From the human T2T-CHM13v2.0 reference genome, Homo sapiens: a stretch of 64,000 bases of DNA. Both the position numbers and the translations under genes were made by a program. The stretch's first letter is position 1; each line of letters begins with the position of its first letter. The notes beneath the pieces are model-generated. The model was given only the letters and a program-made list of their open reading frames with translations. It made no database searches and was not told the DNA's origin. The stretch lies in assembly GCF_009914755.1 (NCBI RefSeq), contig NC_060929.1; one strand, given 5' to 3'. Shown piece by piece: positions 16,753 to 43,722 of this stretch.

Positions 16753-17737
16753 TGGGAGTGGGAGGGTGCTGGGGTACCAAGAATGGCAGCTGAACTGCAT
16801 CTTTTGTTAGAGATCCGAAACTCTCAGCTTGCGGGACTTTACTTCACAGGCGTAAGCACAATCTGATGGAAAATTTGAATCCTGAAAACGTGATATTTCA
16901 TCTGTATCTCATAGACATGGCACCTGGCACCGTCCCAGACAGGGCACATCATGGGGCACTTGGTTAGTGGATGGGTTGTCAGGTCAGGGAGGCGGCACAG
17001 GATCACCTGAGCACATCCAGGACACCTGCCAGGACCAGCCGTGTGAGGCTTTCGACTGTGGCGGGGGCACCTGCTGTGCTGAATGGCTGGTTTGTCTCTG
17101 GGATTTGGGTAGAAAACAGAGCCACCAAGGTGGATGCTCAGTTTCAAGACCTCCACCCTCCACTGGGGGAAGTTTCAATTCAGCTGTGGCCATGGGGTCC
17201 ACAGCAAGACACCCTCCCACCCCATGAGACACAGAAAGAGGAAGAAGGCTGCTATACGGGAATTAAAATATAAAGCTCCAGGCATAATACAGAGAATCAG
17301 CTCCTGATAAAGTAAGCCAAGAGACTGTCTCTACACACGTGACTGAGTTATGCTCGTCCCAGATCCAAAGCTGAAAGAGCAGGACTGGTTCGGGATTTCC
17401 ATTTGTCACCTGTGGCTGATGCTATTGTCTAGCTCCCCGGTAGCCATCCCCACTTCTCTTCTGTTTGACTAACAGAGCCCCAGAATTTTTCCAAGCAGCA
17501 ACACGCCCAGACCAATCAGAATTGATGTAAGATGAACAAGCACAGCGACTCCCATTCTCCTTTCCCAGATACTCAATTTCCCTGCTTGCAGCTAAAGGAG
17601 GCCAGGTGACCTGTGTGGCCACTGAGATGTGTGGGGAACTCTGATATGAGCTTTGGGAAAGATTTTAAGATTAAAAAAGAAAACCAGGCCTGGCATGGTG
17701 GCTTACTTTGGGAGGCCAAAGCAGGAGGATCTCTTCA

Positions 17738-18550
<813 letters not shown>

Positions 18551-19746
18551 TGGTGTCAGCCTAGGTCTTCACTGACCCCACTGGTCTGGTTCACCAGCAC
18601 TGACCTGCCTGAACTCCTGGCCTCAAGCGATCCTCCAGCTTCAGCCTCCCGAGTAGCTGGGACTACAGACTGAAATTCTAAGGAAGCAGGTAGATCCCAA
18701 AACAAACTGTTTTTTCCTGAAAACAGGAAAGTCACACCAACCAGTTGGAAAGACCTCAGTTTACCTGAGTCAGCATAACGAAGAAGTCCCCTCTGCTTTA
18801 ACTTACAAGAAAATAACCTGAAGTAACCTGATATTAAGCAATCTGATTTTTTTCTATTGTTCTGTTTTCTCGTTCCCACCTTACAAAGCCCACAGTTCTG
18901 CTATTGCCCAGTGGGAGCCCTCCTTCTATTTTGAAGAATAGAGGCTTCCCTCATTCATAAAAGCCAATTAGATCTTAAAAACAAATTTGTGTAATTTTGT
19001 CTTTTGACAGTACCTAAGAGTGTATCTGCCATAAACTTCTCAAGGAATTATGTGAGCTTCTGAGAAACAATAGCTTGCTGAAAACAGGGAGGCAGCGAGC
19101 ATGAGAGTAATGTGGAAAAATCTCACGTGGAAAGAAAGAACGGGATAAAAAGCTGGATATGCTGTAAACAAGGTATCTATTTACAAAGACACACAGAAAC
19201 TTCTGAACCTTTGGACAAAAAAGCGACGAAGAAATTTGTCAAAGTGTTGAGCAGTTGCTTCTAGTTGGTAGGATTTAAATATTTTAGTCTGTTTGCTTTT
19301 TATATCTTTTATAAACAAAGCCCTCTTCACTCCTGTGTGGCTGGCACAGGAGAACCTATGTGGACTTAACACCCTCTTCGTATGCCTCCTTTCCCACCCT
19401 CCATTTCGTCTGTCTACGAATTCAGCTTCCCAGGAACCAAGGAAAGCAGAAGGGAGATGCCTGTCTACGTGGAGAGTTCAGTCATGATACACAGGATTAC
19501 CGGCTGTGACTGACTGAGCCAGCATATGTGTTGAGCAGTCAGCTGTGAGTCTGGGTAGCGTGAGTCTGGTAAGGCAGACAGACGGAATTTCTGCCTTCTT
19601 GTGGCAGAGTCCCTTGGCGGGGCTGGCAGGACTCAGAAACAGGGGAAGGCACATGCCAACATCCCCACTAACTAACTGAGGCCAGCCTCTGCTAGGAGCC
19701 TCCTGTGTCAAGTGTGGGGCTTACCACATTATAGCTATCTCACTCA

Positions 19747-20343
<597 letters not shown>

Positions 20344-20528
20344 TTACCAAACTCTAGCATGGCTTCTAACAGCGTAAGGCCATGTCCCTCAGATAAAACC
20401 AGCGTTCCTTCAAGTGCCTGCCTGAGAAAGTTCAATGTGCCAGGGAATGACTATTTGTCTTAGCTAACATTCATCTGGTGATAGGCCCTTGGACTCCCTT
20501 ACTATAAAAGGCTTACAATTTTAAATAC

Positions 20529-20870
20529 AGTCGTGCATCATGTAATGGCAGGAATACGTTCTGAGAAATGTGTTGTGAGATGATTTCATCATTGTGTGAA
20601 CATCATAGAGCGCGCTTACACAAACCGAGATGGCACAGCCGGCTACACACCCAGGCTGTATGACACAGCCTGTTGGTCCTGGGCGGCAAACCTGTACTGG
20701 GGCTAAAAACCTGTACAGCATGTGACTGCACTGAATACTGTAGGCAACTGTGATATGATGGTGAGTATTTGTGTATCTAAACATATCCAAACATAGAAAA
20801 GACACAGTAAAAATATGATATAAATGATTAACAAATGGTACACCAATATAGGGCATTTACCATAAATGGA
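20529..20870. mobile_element. Tigger3/MER7-like DNA transposon
   Basis: TA-CAGTCGTGCATCATGTAATG terminus with GAATACGTTCTGAGAAATG. Confidence 0.6.
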
Positions 20871-22454
20871 GCTGTGGCTACTGGCTGGTACAGTATTAGG
20901 TGTACCTGAAGTATTTGCTGATGCCTGCCTCTCTGCCTCTGAGGTTTTTCTGGAACAAACGCCACTGTAGTCAGCTGGCAGTGATGAAGCCCAGACATTC
21001 AGTAAATTTTAAAGGGGTATGGGATCTTGCCTGCCACTGGAGCAGGTCAGGAGGCTCAAACTATGGCTACTGACCTGGATTAAGAGGCTTTGGGGGTAAG
21101 CCTCATGCTTGGTTTTATTGTTGGGGGCCAAATGTTAGGGAACAAGGCAGAATCCTATGTTCACTTCCATCTCTCCTCCAAGTGGATGGTATCTCTCTCT
21201 GTGCTATGATACCTGCAGTTGGGGGAGAAGTGATTCAGGTAATTAAAACTGTCCTTTCTACCCTCTCCAATGCATCTTTTCTTATTATGTTACAACCATA
21301 TACTCTGATCTCTCACCTGGTCTCCTTAGCTCTCATGAAGGTATTTATGTATGTTGCTAGTCATTCTATGTGATGTTTCTGCAGTGAGACAACAGCTAAA
21401 GAGTTCTCTTCTGCCATCTTGCTCTGTCCTTCATCCTACTCTATGTTTCTTCAAAGATAAATTATGTGTATTTGAGGTTTACAACATGGCATTATGGGAT
21501 GCATATAGATAGTAAAGTGGTACTCCAGTGAAGCAGATTAACATATTTATCATTTCAGATAGTTACTTTGTATTTTTGTAATAAGAGGAGCTAAAATATG
21601 CTTATTTAACAAGAATTCCTAATACAATACAATTTAACTACTTGACTTCTTATATTGTACATTAGACCTCTAGATATTGATTCTACATATCGCCTACTTT
21701 TTATCCTTTGATCTACATCTCCGCATTTCCTTCGCCTCCCTCAGCCATGATAACCAGTTGGTTCTCTTTTTCTGTGTTTTTGAGATTAAATAAGATCATG
21801 TAATGTTTTTCTTTTTTTAATTTTTAATGGATTTTATTGGTGACGCTAGTGACTTGCTAATTAGCATGATGAATACTGGAAATTGGCTCTTTTTTTGAAT
21901 AGAGTCACACTCTGTTGCTCAGGCTGGAGTGTGGTGGCATGATCACAGCTCATTGTAACAAACTGGGTTCAAACAATCCTCCTGCCTCCTCTTCCTGAGT
22001 AGCTATGACTACATGATGTTATGGGACTACAGGCATGTGCCACTGCACCTGGCTAATTAAAAAAAATTTTTTTTTTCTAGAGACAGGGTCTTGCTATATT
22101 GCCCAGGCTGGTCTTGAACTCCTGGCCTCAAGCAGTTCTCTTGCATCAGACTCCCAAAGTCCTGGAACTACAGGCCTGAGCCCCTGCACCCAGTCACATT
22201 TTCCTTTCTGTGTCTGGATTATTCAGTTAGCGTAATGTCCTCCAGGTCCATACATGTTGTAACAAGTGGCAGGATCTTCTTTTCTAAGGTGGAAAAATAT
22301 TCCATTATGTACATATATCATATTTATGTACTTGTCTTTCTATGGCATTTACATTGTTTCTATATTTTGACTTTTGTGAATAATGCTGCAATAAACATAA
22401 GAGTGCAAATATCTTTACAAGGTGGTAAAGAAGAGGGACTGCTGGGTGATATGG

Positions 22455-22834
22455 TGTATTAATCCATTCTCACGCTGCTAATAAAGACATAGCCGAGACT
22501 GGGTAATTTATAAAGGAAAGAGGTTTAATTGACTCGTAGTTCCACAGGGCTGGGGAGGCCTCAGGAAACTTACAATCATGGCAGAAGGGGAAGCAAACAC
22601 ATCCTTCTTTACATGGCGGCAGCAAGGAGAAGTGCCAAGCAAAAGGGGGAAAAGCCCCTTTATAAAACCATCAGATCTTGTGAAAATTTACTTACTATCA
22701 GGAAAACAGCAGCATGGGGGTAACCACTCCCATGATTCAATTACCTCCCACCAGGTCCCTACCACGACATGTGGGGATTACAGGAACTACAGTTCAAGAT
22801 AAGATTTGGGTGGGGACATAGCCAAACCATATCA
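22455..22834. mobile_element. THE1 solo LTR
   Basis: TGTATTAATCCATTCTCAC...GCCAAACCATATCA with 5-bp TSD TATGG (22450, 22835). Confidence 0.9.
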
Positions 22835-22888
22835 TATGGCATTTCCATTTTTAATTTTTTAGGAAACTTTATTTATTTATTTATTTAG

Positions 22889-23105
<217 letters not shown>

Positions 23106-24775
23106 TGATCCACCTGCCTCGGCTTCCCAAAGTGCCAGGATTACAGGTGTGAGCCACTGTGCCCAGCCAGGAACCTTTATAATGTTTTCCATAATGGCTG
23201 TATCAACCTACACTCCCACCAAATATTGTGCAGGGGTTCCCTGTTCTCCATACCCTTGCCAACATTTGTTATCTTTTGTCCTTTAGGTCCTAGCTATTCT
23301 AATATGGGTGAGGTGATATCTCGTAGTGGTTCTGATTTGCATTTGCCTTATGATTAGCGATGTTGATCACATTTTTATATACCTGTTGGCCATTTTTGTG
23401 TGGCTTCTTTGGTGAAATGTCTATTCCAGTCCTTTGCCCATTTTTAATTGGGTTATTTTTCTGCTATTGTGTTTTAATTGTTCTTTATAAATTTTACCCT
23501 TTATCAGATATGTGGTTGCAATTGTTTTCTCAAAGTTTGTAGGTTGTCTTTTCTCTTTGTTGATTGTTTCCTTCGGTGTGCAGAAGCATTTTAGTTTGAG
23601 GTGGTACCATTTATATATTTTTATTATTGTGCTTGAGTTTTTGAGGTGATACCCAAATTATTGTCAAGGCCAACGTTGAGGAGCTTTCCCTCTGTGTTCT
23701 CTTCTAGGAGTTGTATGGTGTCAGGTTTTATACTTATGTCTTTTATCCATTTTGGGTTGATTTTTGAGCATGGCATAAGATAAGAATCTAATTGTATTCC
23801 TTTGCATGTGTAAATCCAGTTTTCCCAGCACCATTTATTGGAGAGACTATCTGTTCCTCATTGTGTCCTCTTGTGCCATTGTCAAAAATTAGTTGACCAT
23901 AGATGTTTGGATTTATTTGTGGGCTCTCTTCTCTGTTCCACTGGTCTGCATGTCTTTTTTTATACCAGCACAATACTGTTTTTATTACTCTAGCTTTATA
24001 ATACAATTTTAAATTAGGAAGTGTAAAGCCATCAGCTTTGTTTGTCTTTCTCAGTATTGCTTTTGCTATTTGGGTTATTTTGGCTCCATATAGGTTTTAG
24101 AATTGTTTTTTCTATTTCCATAAACAATGCCATTGGAAGTTTGATAGAGATTGCATTAAATCTGTATATTGCTTTGAGTAGTGTGGACATTTTACCAATA
24201 TTAATTCTTCCCATTCATCAACACAGAATATCTTTCAATTCATTTTTGTCTTCTTCAATTTCCTTCATCAATGTTTTAAAAATTTCTGAAGACTAATCTT
24301 TCATCACCTTGTTAAATTTATCCCCTTGTTAAATTTATTCCTAGGTATTTTTTGATGCTATCGTAATAGGATTTTTTCTTAATTTCTTTTTCAAATACTT
24401 GTTTGTTAGTCTATATAATTGCCACTGATTTTTATATGTTAATTGTGTATCCTAAAACTCTACTGAATTCATTTATTAGCTCTACTTTTTTTGTGTGTAT
24501 AATCTTTGCAATTTTCTACACATAGGATCATGCTATCTGCAAATAGAGATAGTTTCACATCTTTTTTATTTGGATGCCTTTTATTTCTTTTTCTTGTTTG
24601 ATTGGTCTTGCTAATATTTCTAGTGCTATTCTGAATAAAATTGGTGAGAGTGGACATTTATGTCTTGTTCTGGATCATAGAGGAAAAGCTTTTAGTTTTA
24701 CCCCATTGATTACAGTGTTAGCTGTGGGCTTTTTTTATAAATGACATTTATTAAGTAGAGGAATTTTAGTTTTTT

Positions 24776-30922
<6,147 letters not shown>

Positions 30923-30948
30923 ACAATATCTAGTTTTTTTTGAGATAG

Positions 30949-31158
<210 letters not shown>

Positions 31159-32291
31159 TGATCTGCCCGCCTCGGCCTTGCAAAGTGCTGGGATTACAGG
31201 CGTGAGCCACTGCTCCCGGCCAGAATTTTACTTTTATACATGAATTGTTAAGAGTTTTTTGTTCGTTTTGAGAAGGAATCTCACTCTGTCACCCAGGCTG
31301 CAGTGCAGTGGTGCAATCTTGGCTCACTACAGCCCCTGCCTCCTGGGTTCAAGTGACTCTCCTGTCTCAGCCTCCTGAGTAGCTGGGACTACAGGCACAC
31401 ACCATTACCTCTGGCTAATTTTTGTATTTTCAGTAGAGACGGGATTTCACCTTGTTGGCCAGGCTGGTCTCGAACTCCTGACCTCAAGTGATCTACCCAC
31501 TTCGGCCTCCCAAAGTGCTGGGTTTACAGGTGTGAGCCACTGCACCTGACCATTAAGAGTTTTTTAAATCAAGAATGGACGTGGAATTTTGTCAAATACT
31601 TTTCTGTGTCAATTGAGATAATCATGTGGTTTTCTGTTTTTCGTGCTGTAAATGTGATGTATTACATTGATTGAGTATGTTAACCAGCCTTTCATGCCAA
31701 GGATAAATCCCACTTGGTGATGACGTATACTGTTTTTGATGTGTTTGATGAATTTGGTTTGCTAATATTTGACTGAGGAGTTTTGCATTATATGAGTTAT
31801 TGGCCTATAGTTTTTTTTTTTTTTTTTGGCCTAAAGACACCTATTGTGGTGTCTTTTTCTTGCTTAGTTGTGAAAGTGATGCTGGCCTTGTAAAGTATGT
31901 TGTAAGTATTCTCCCAGCTCTATTTTCTGGGACAGTTAAGTGGTAATAATTCTTCTTTGAATGTTTGGTAAAATTCAGCCATAAAGCCATCTGGTCCCAA
32001 GCTTTATTTCTGTTGGAAGGTTTCTAATTACTTCTTCAGTGTCTTTATTTATTATTATAATAGTTTGTTCAAGCTTTCTATTTCTTCCTAATTTATTCTT
32101 AAAAGTTACTGTTTTATAGTAGTTTATTAACTTTTATAAGTTGTGCCATTTGTTGGCAGATGCTTTTTCATAATTGTTTATTATGATGTTTTTTATTTTT
32201 GAGGCATGTATTGTATGGTCTTCATTTATATTTCTGATTTTATTTATTCCAGTCTTTTTTTTTTCTTAGTCTATCTTGGAATTTGATATTA

Positions 32292-32603
<312 letters not shown>

Positions 32604-32903
32604 TCAAAGAATCAAGTCTTGGTTTTATTAGTTTTTTTCACATGGTTTTTCTGTTCTCTATTTGATTTATTTCTGCTCTGATATTATTGTTCCCTTCCTT
32701 CAGTTAACTTTGGGTTTAGGTTTCTCTTTTTCTAGCTCCTTAGGGCATAACATTAAATTTTTTGATTAAGGTATTTCTTCTTTTTTAATGTAGGCATTTA
32801 TACCTATAAAGTTCCCCTTTAGAACCACTTTTGCTACACCCCATGGGTTTTGATATATTGTATTTTTATTGTCATTCATATCAAAATTTAAAAAATTCCT
32901 TCT

Positions 32904-32928
32904 GTATATGTGCTACTGAAGTGAGCAC
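32904..32928 (-). pseudogene. 3'-truncated U6 snRNA retrocopy (nt 1-25)
   Basis: GTGCTCACTTCAGTAGCACATATAC versus U6 GTGCTCGCTTCGGCAGCACATATAC: 22/25, all transitions, starting at U6 nt 1. Confidence 0.75.
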
Positions 32929-33287
32929 TTTTAATTTACCTTTGATTCTTATTTGATCCATTGATTTTTCAGAAACATGCTGTTTAATTTCCACATATCT
33001 GTGACTTTTCCAAAATTTCTCCTGTTACTGATTTCTAATTTTATACTGTCATGGCTGAAAACAATACCATTATGATTTTAATCTTCTTGAGTTTGCTAAG
33101 ACTTGTTTTATGGCTTCATATTTGGTTTATCCTGGATAATGTTCCATGTACACTAGGAAAAATACACATTCTTCTGTCTGTACATATCTGTTTAAGTCCA
33201 TTTGCTCTAATGTACAGTTCAAATCCAGTATTTTCTTGTTAATTTTCTGTCTGGTTCATGTATCTATTTTTAAAAAGGGGTATTGAA

Positions 33288-40210
<6,923 letters not shown>

Positions 40211-40688
40211 AAAGGGGTATTGAAATTCCCCAGTATTTTTGTTTTGCTATGTTTTCCTCATGTCCACTAATATTTGCTTTATATGTTTACACACCTTGAT
40301 GTTGGTTGCATATTTATAATTGTTACAGTCTGATTAACTTATTTGCTTATTATTACTTAAAGACAATCTTAGTCTCTTGTAACAGTTTTTGACTTCTGGC
40401 CTACTTTATCTGACATAAATATAGTCACCCCTGCTTTCTTTTTTTACCGTTTGCATGAAAAAATTCTTTCTTTTCACTTTATTTTTGTCCTTAAGCTTGA
40501 TCTAGTCTGCCATTGAAGCTCTCTATTGTATTTTTTCATTTCCTTCATTGAATAATCTAATGGCAAGACATCTGTTTAATTTTTCTTGATGTCTATTTCT
40601 TTGCTGAATTTCTAATTTATACCATGATTTTTTTTTCCTGATTTCTTTCAATAGTCTATCTATATTATCTTGAATCTTGCTGACTTTT

Positions 40689-41258
40689 TATTTTTTATTT
40701 ATTTTTTATTTTTTTAATTATACTTTAAGTTTTATGGTACATGTGCACAACGTGCAGGTTTGTTACATATGTATACATGTGCCATGTTGGTGTGCTGCAC
40801 CCAGTAACTCGTCATTTAACATTAGGTATATCTCCTAATGCTATCCCTCCCCCCTCCCCCCACCCCACAACAGGCCCCGGTGTGTGATGTTCCCCTTCCT
40901 GTGTCCACATGTTCTCATTGTTTGATTCCCACCTATGAGTGAGAACATGCAGTGTTTGGTTTTTTGTCCTTGCGATAGTTTACTGAGAATGATGATTTCT
41001 AATTTCATCCATGTCCCTACAAAGGACATGAACTCATCATTTTTTATGGCTTCATAGTATTCCATGGTGTATATGTGCCACATTTTCTTAATCCAGTCTA
41101 TCATTGTTGGACATTTGGGTTGGTTCCAAGTCTTTGCTATTGTGAATAGTGTCGCAATAAACATACGTGTGCATGTGTCTTTATAGCAGCATGTTTTATA
41201 ATCCTTTGGGTATGTGCCCAGGAATGGGATGGCTGGGTCAAATGGTATTTCTAGTTCA
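40689..41258 (-). mobile_element. 5'-truncated L1PA 3' end
   Basis: ORF2 C-terminus (40841-41164), 3'UTR and tail; perfect 16-bp TSD AATCTTGCTGACTTTT at 40673 and 41259 with a TTTT/AA endonuclease site. Confidence 0.92.
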
Positions 41259-41276
41259 AATCTTGCTGACTTTTAA

Positions 41277-41480
<204 letters not shown>

Positions 41481-43369
41481 TGATATATGTGCATCTGGTA
41501 GAACATTTGCCTCTCCTAACTTATAAAGTAGCTTTTCTAAGAAAAAACTTTCACTTGTTGATAGGTCCTCGGGTGCTGAGTAGGGTGTATCGGCTCTGCT
41601 TCTGGCTGGCACAGTAGCGTAGTCTCTGTGAAGCTTCTCAGCTATAATCAATGTCAGTGACAAGTGGATGCCTCAGTGGCCCGTACTGCAGTAATTTGTG
41701 GGAGTGGTGGTAGCAAAGTAGATTACACTGAGCTCAGGCACCAAGAGAGCACAACTACTCCACCAGCTCAGGTACAGCTTCCCTCGGGTGGGATGCAGGG
41801 CTGGTTTGTGTGCTGAGGGAATAAGACCAGTGTTCTGGCTTGGGCATAGCTTTTCTGGAGGTGGGGCACCAGGCCGCTTTATGTGCCAAGGGAGCACAGC
41901 TGCTCCACCATCTCAGACATTGCTTTCCTGGGGCTGAGTCTGGGGCCCCCAGTTAGTGTGCACACAAGGGGGTATTGTTGCCATTCTATTGCGCATGCTT
42001 CTCTGGGGTCAAGGTGCTTGGCTCATGCTTGAGAGGGTACAACTGCTTCACCAGGCCAGGCTTGGCTTCCTTGCTGGGTTGGACTGTTTGGTCCTTGGGG
42101 GCCAGAGCAGCCTGTAGGTTCAGAAGCCTGGGTCATGACCGTTCCACTGGGCCTAGGCCTAGGCTTCGAATGGCCATGGGTGGGGCATAGCTGCCACTGG
42201 AATGGAGAGGATACTGTGCCTTCTCAGCAGCTTCATAAAAAGGTATTTTGGTCTATATATCCTTGGTAAATCTGTATTTCTGAGACAGCATGAGATCAAT
42301 AATTTTCTATTCTACTCTCTTGCTTACAACATTCAACAACTCATTTCCTTTTTTTTTTTATCACAGAGTAATATTCCATTGTATAGATGTACCATAGTTT
42401 GTGTATACATTCTATGTATCATTATTGAATGATATCTGGTTGCAAACATTTTTGGCAATTATGAATAAAGCTGCTATAAACATTCATGTGCAATTTTTCA
42501 TGTGGACATATGTTTTCAAGTCATTTAGGTGAATAAAAAGCAGTGCAGTTGCTGGATTAGGTGATAAAAGTATGTTTAATTTTGCAGGAAATTGCTGAAC
42601 TGTCTTCTAGAACAACCGTACCGTCTTGCATTCCTGTCAGCAATCAGTGAGAATTCCTGTTGCTCCGCATCCTCACCAGCATTTGGTGTTGTCAGTGTTC
42701 TAGATTTTAGACTAAATGCAGTGTTTTCATTTTGTCCTATTCTAGATGCTAACTTTTATTGTGATTTAGTCTCGTGAGTTGTTTTAAATTGTTACATAAG
42801 AATTTCTTAGTGTATAGAGTTTCCTATGTTTTTGAATTACTTTTTAATTTTAATTGCATTATGATTAGAGTATGTTTATTTTGATGGTTATCTGTGGAAA
42901 TTTTCATTCTGATCTAGTTAAGTGGTGACTTTGTGAGTTTCCGTGTGCTTAAAAAGACTGCAAATCTCTCATTGTGGCTGCCCTGGAACTTAGTTTATAT
43001 AATAAATAAGTTTCCTCATGTCTGAACCTGCCCAGGCACCTTTCCCAATGTATCAGATGTTTAACACTAAGGATCTGTTTTGTTCTGGAAAGTTATTTTT
43101 ATCTGGCCTCATGATTACAGTCCTGGCCCTGAACTTCAGAGAATGGAGGGGTAAGCAAAAGGACCTCAGACTGTGCCAGGAAATGTCAAGTCACCTGCTG
43201 TAGGCTACTACTAATGGAGCATGGCCTATTTACTTGGACACCAAACTATCCAGTGCTAACATGAGGTTTTTCAGGACTAGATCCCATGGCCATACAGCCC
43301 TGCCTGCCAGATTGGACGTGAAAAGTATTTCCGCATCTGACATTCCTGTTTCACCCACACAGGGCATCG

Positions 43370-43673
43370 TTTTGCCCAGGACAAAGTTCACCTCCAATCT
43401 TATCCACACTATTTCTATCTTTGCTTCCTTGATAAGATATAGACATTTATGCAGTGGTTCAAAGTCTAGAGTCCCTACACTTCTGGTACATGACAGCTGT
43501 GTCTCGATGGAGTAGACTCTCAGAACAGCGCAGTTTGCCCTCCGCTCACGCAGAGCCTCTCCGTGGCTTCCGCACCTTGAGCATTAGGCCAGTTCTCCTC
43601 TTCTCTCTAATCCATCCGTCACCTCTCCTGTCATCCGTTTCCATGCCGTGAGGTCCATTCACAGAACACATCC
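43370..43673 (+). promoter_or_regulatory. BTNL8: BTNL8 proximal promoter / 5'UTR with HNF4, GATA and CDX-like motifs
   Basis: AGGACAAAGTTCA (43378-43390), GGTTCAAAGTCTA (43456-43468), TGATAA (43430), CTATCT (43415) and TTTATG (43446) directly upstream of exon 1. Confidence 0.6.
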
Positions 43674-43722
43674 ATGGCTCTCATGCTCAGTTTGGTTCTG
43701 AGTCTCCTCAAGCTGGGATCAG
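43674..43722 (+). CDS. BTNL8: Butyrophilin-like 8, coding exon 1 (signal peptide MALMLSLVLSLLKLGS-G)
   Basis: tccATGG start, 16 hydrophobic codons plus 1 nt, then AG|GTAAGA donor (phase 1). Joins exon 2 in frame to give the recognisable BTNL8 N-terminus. Confidence 0.95.
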
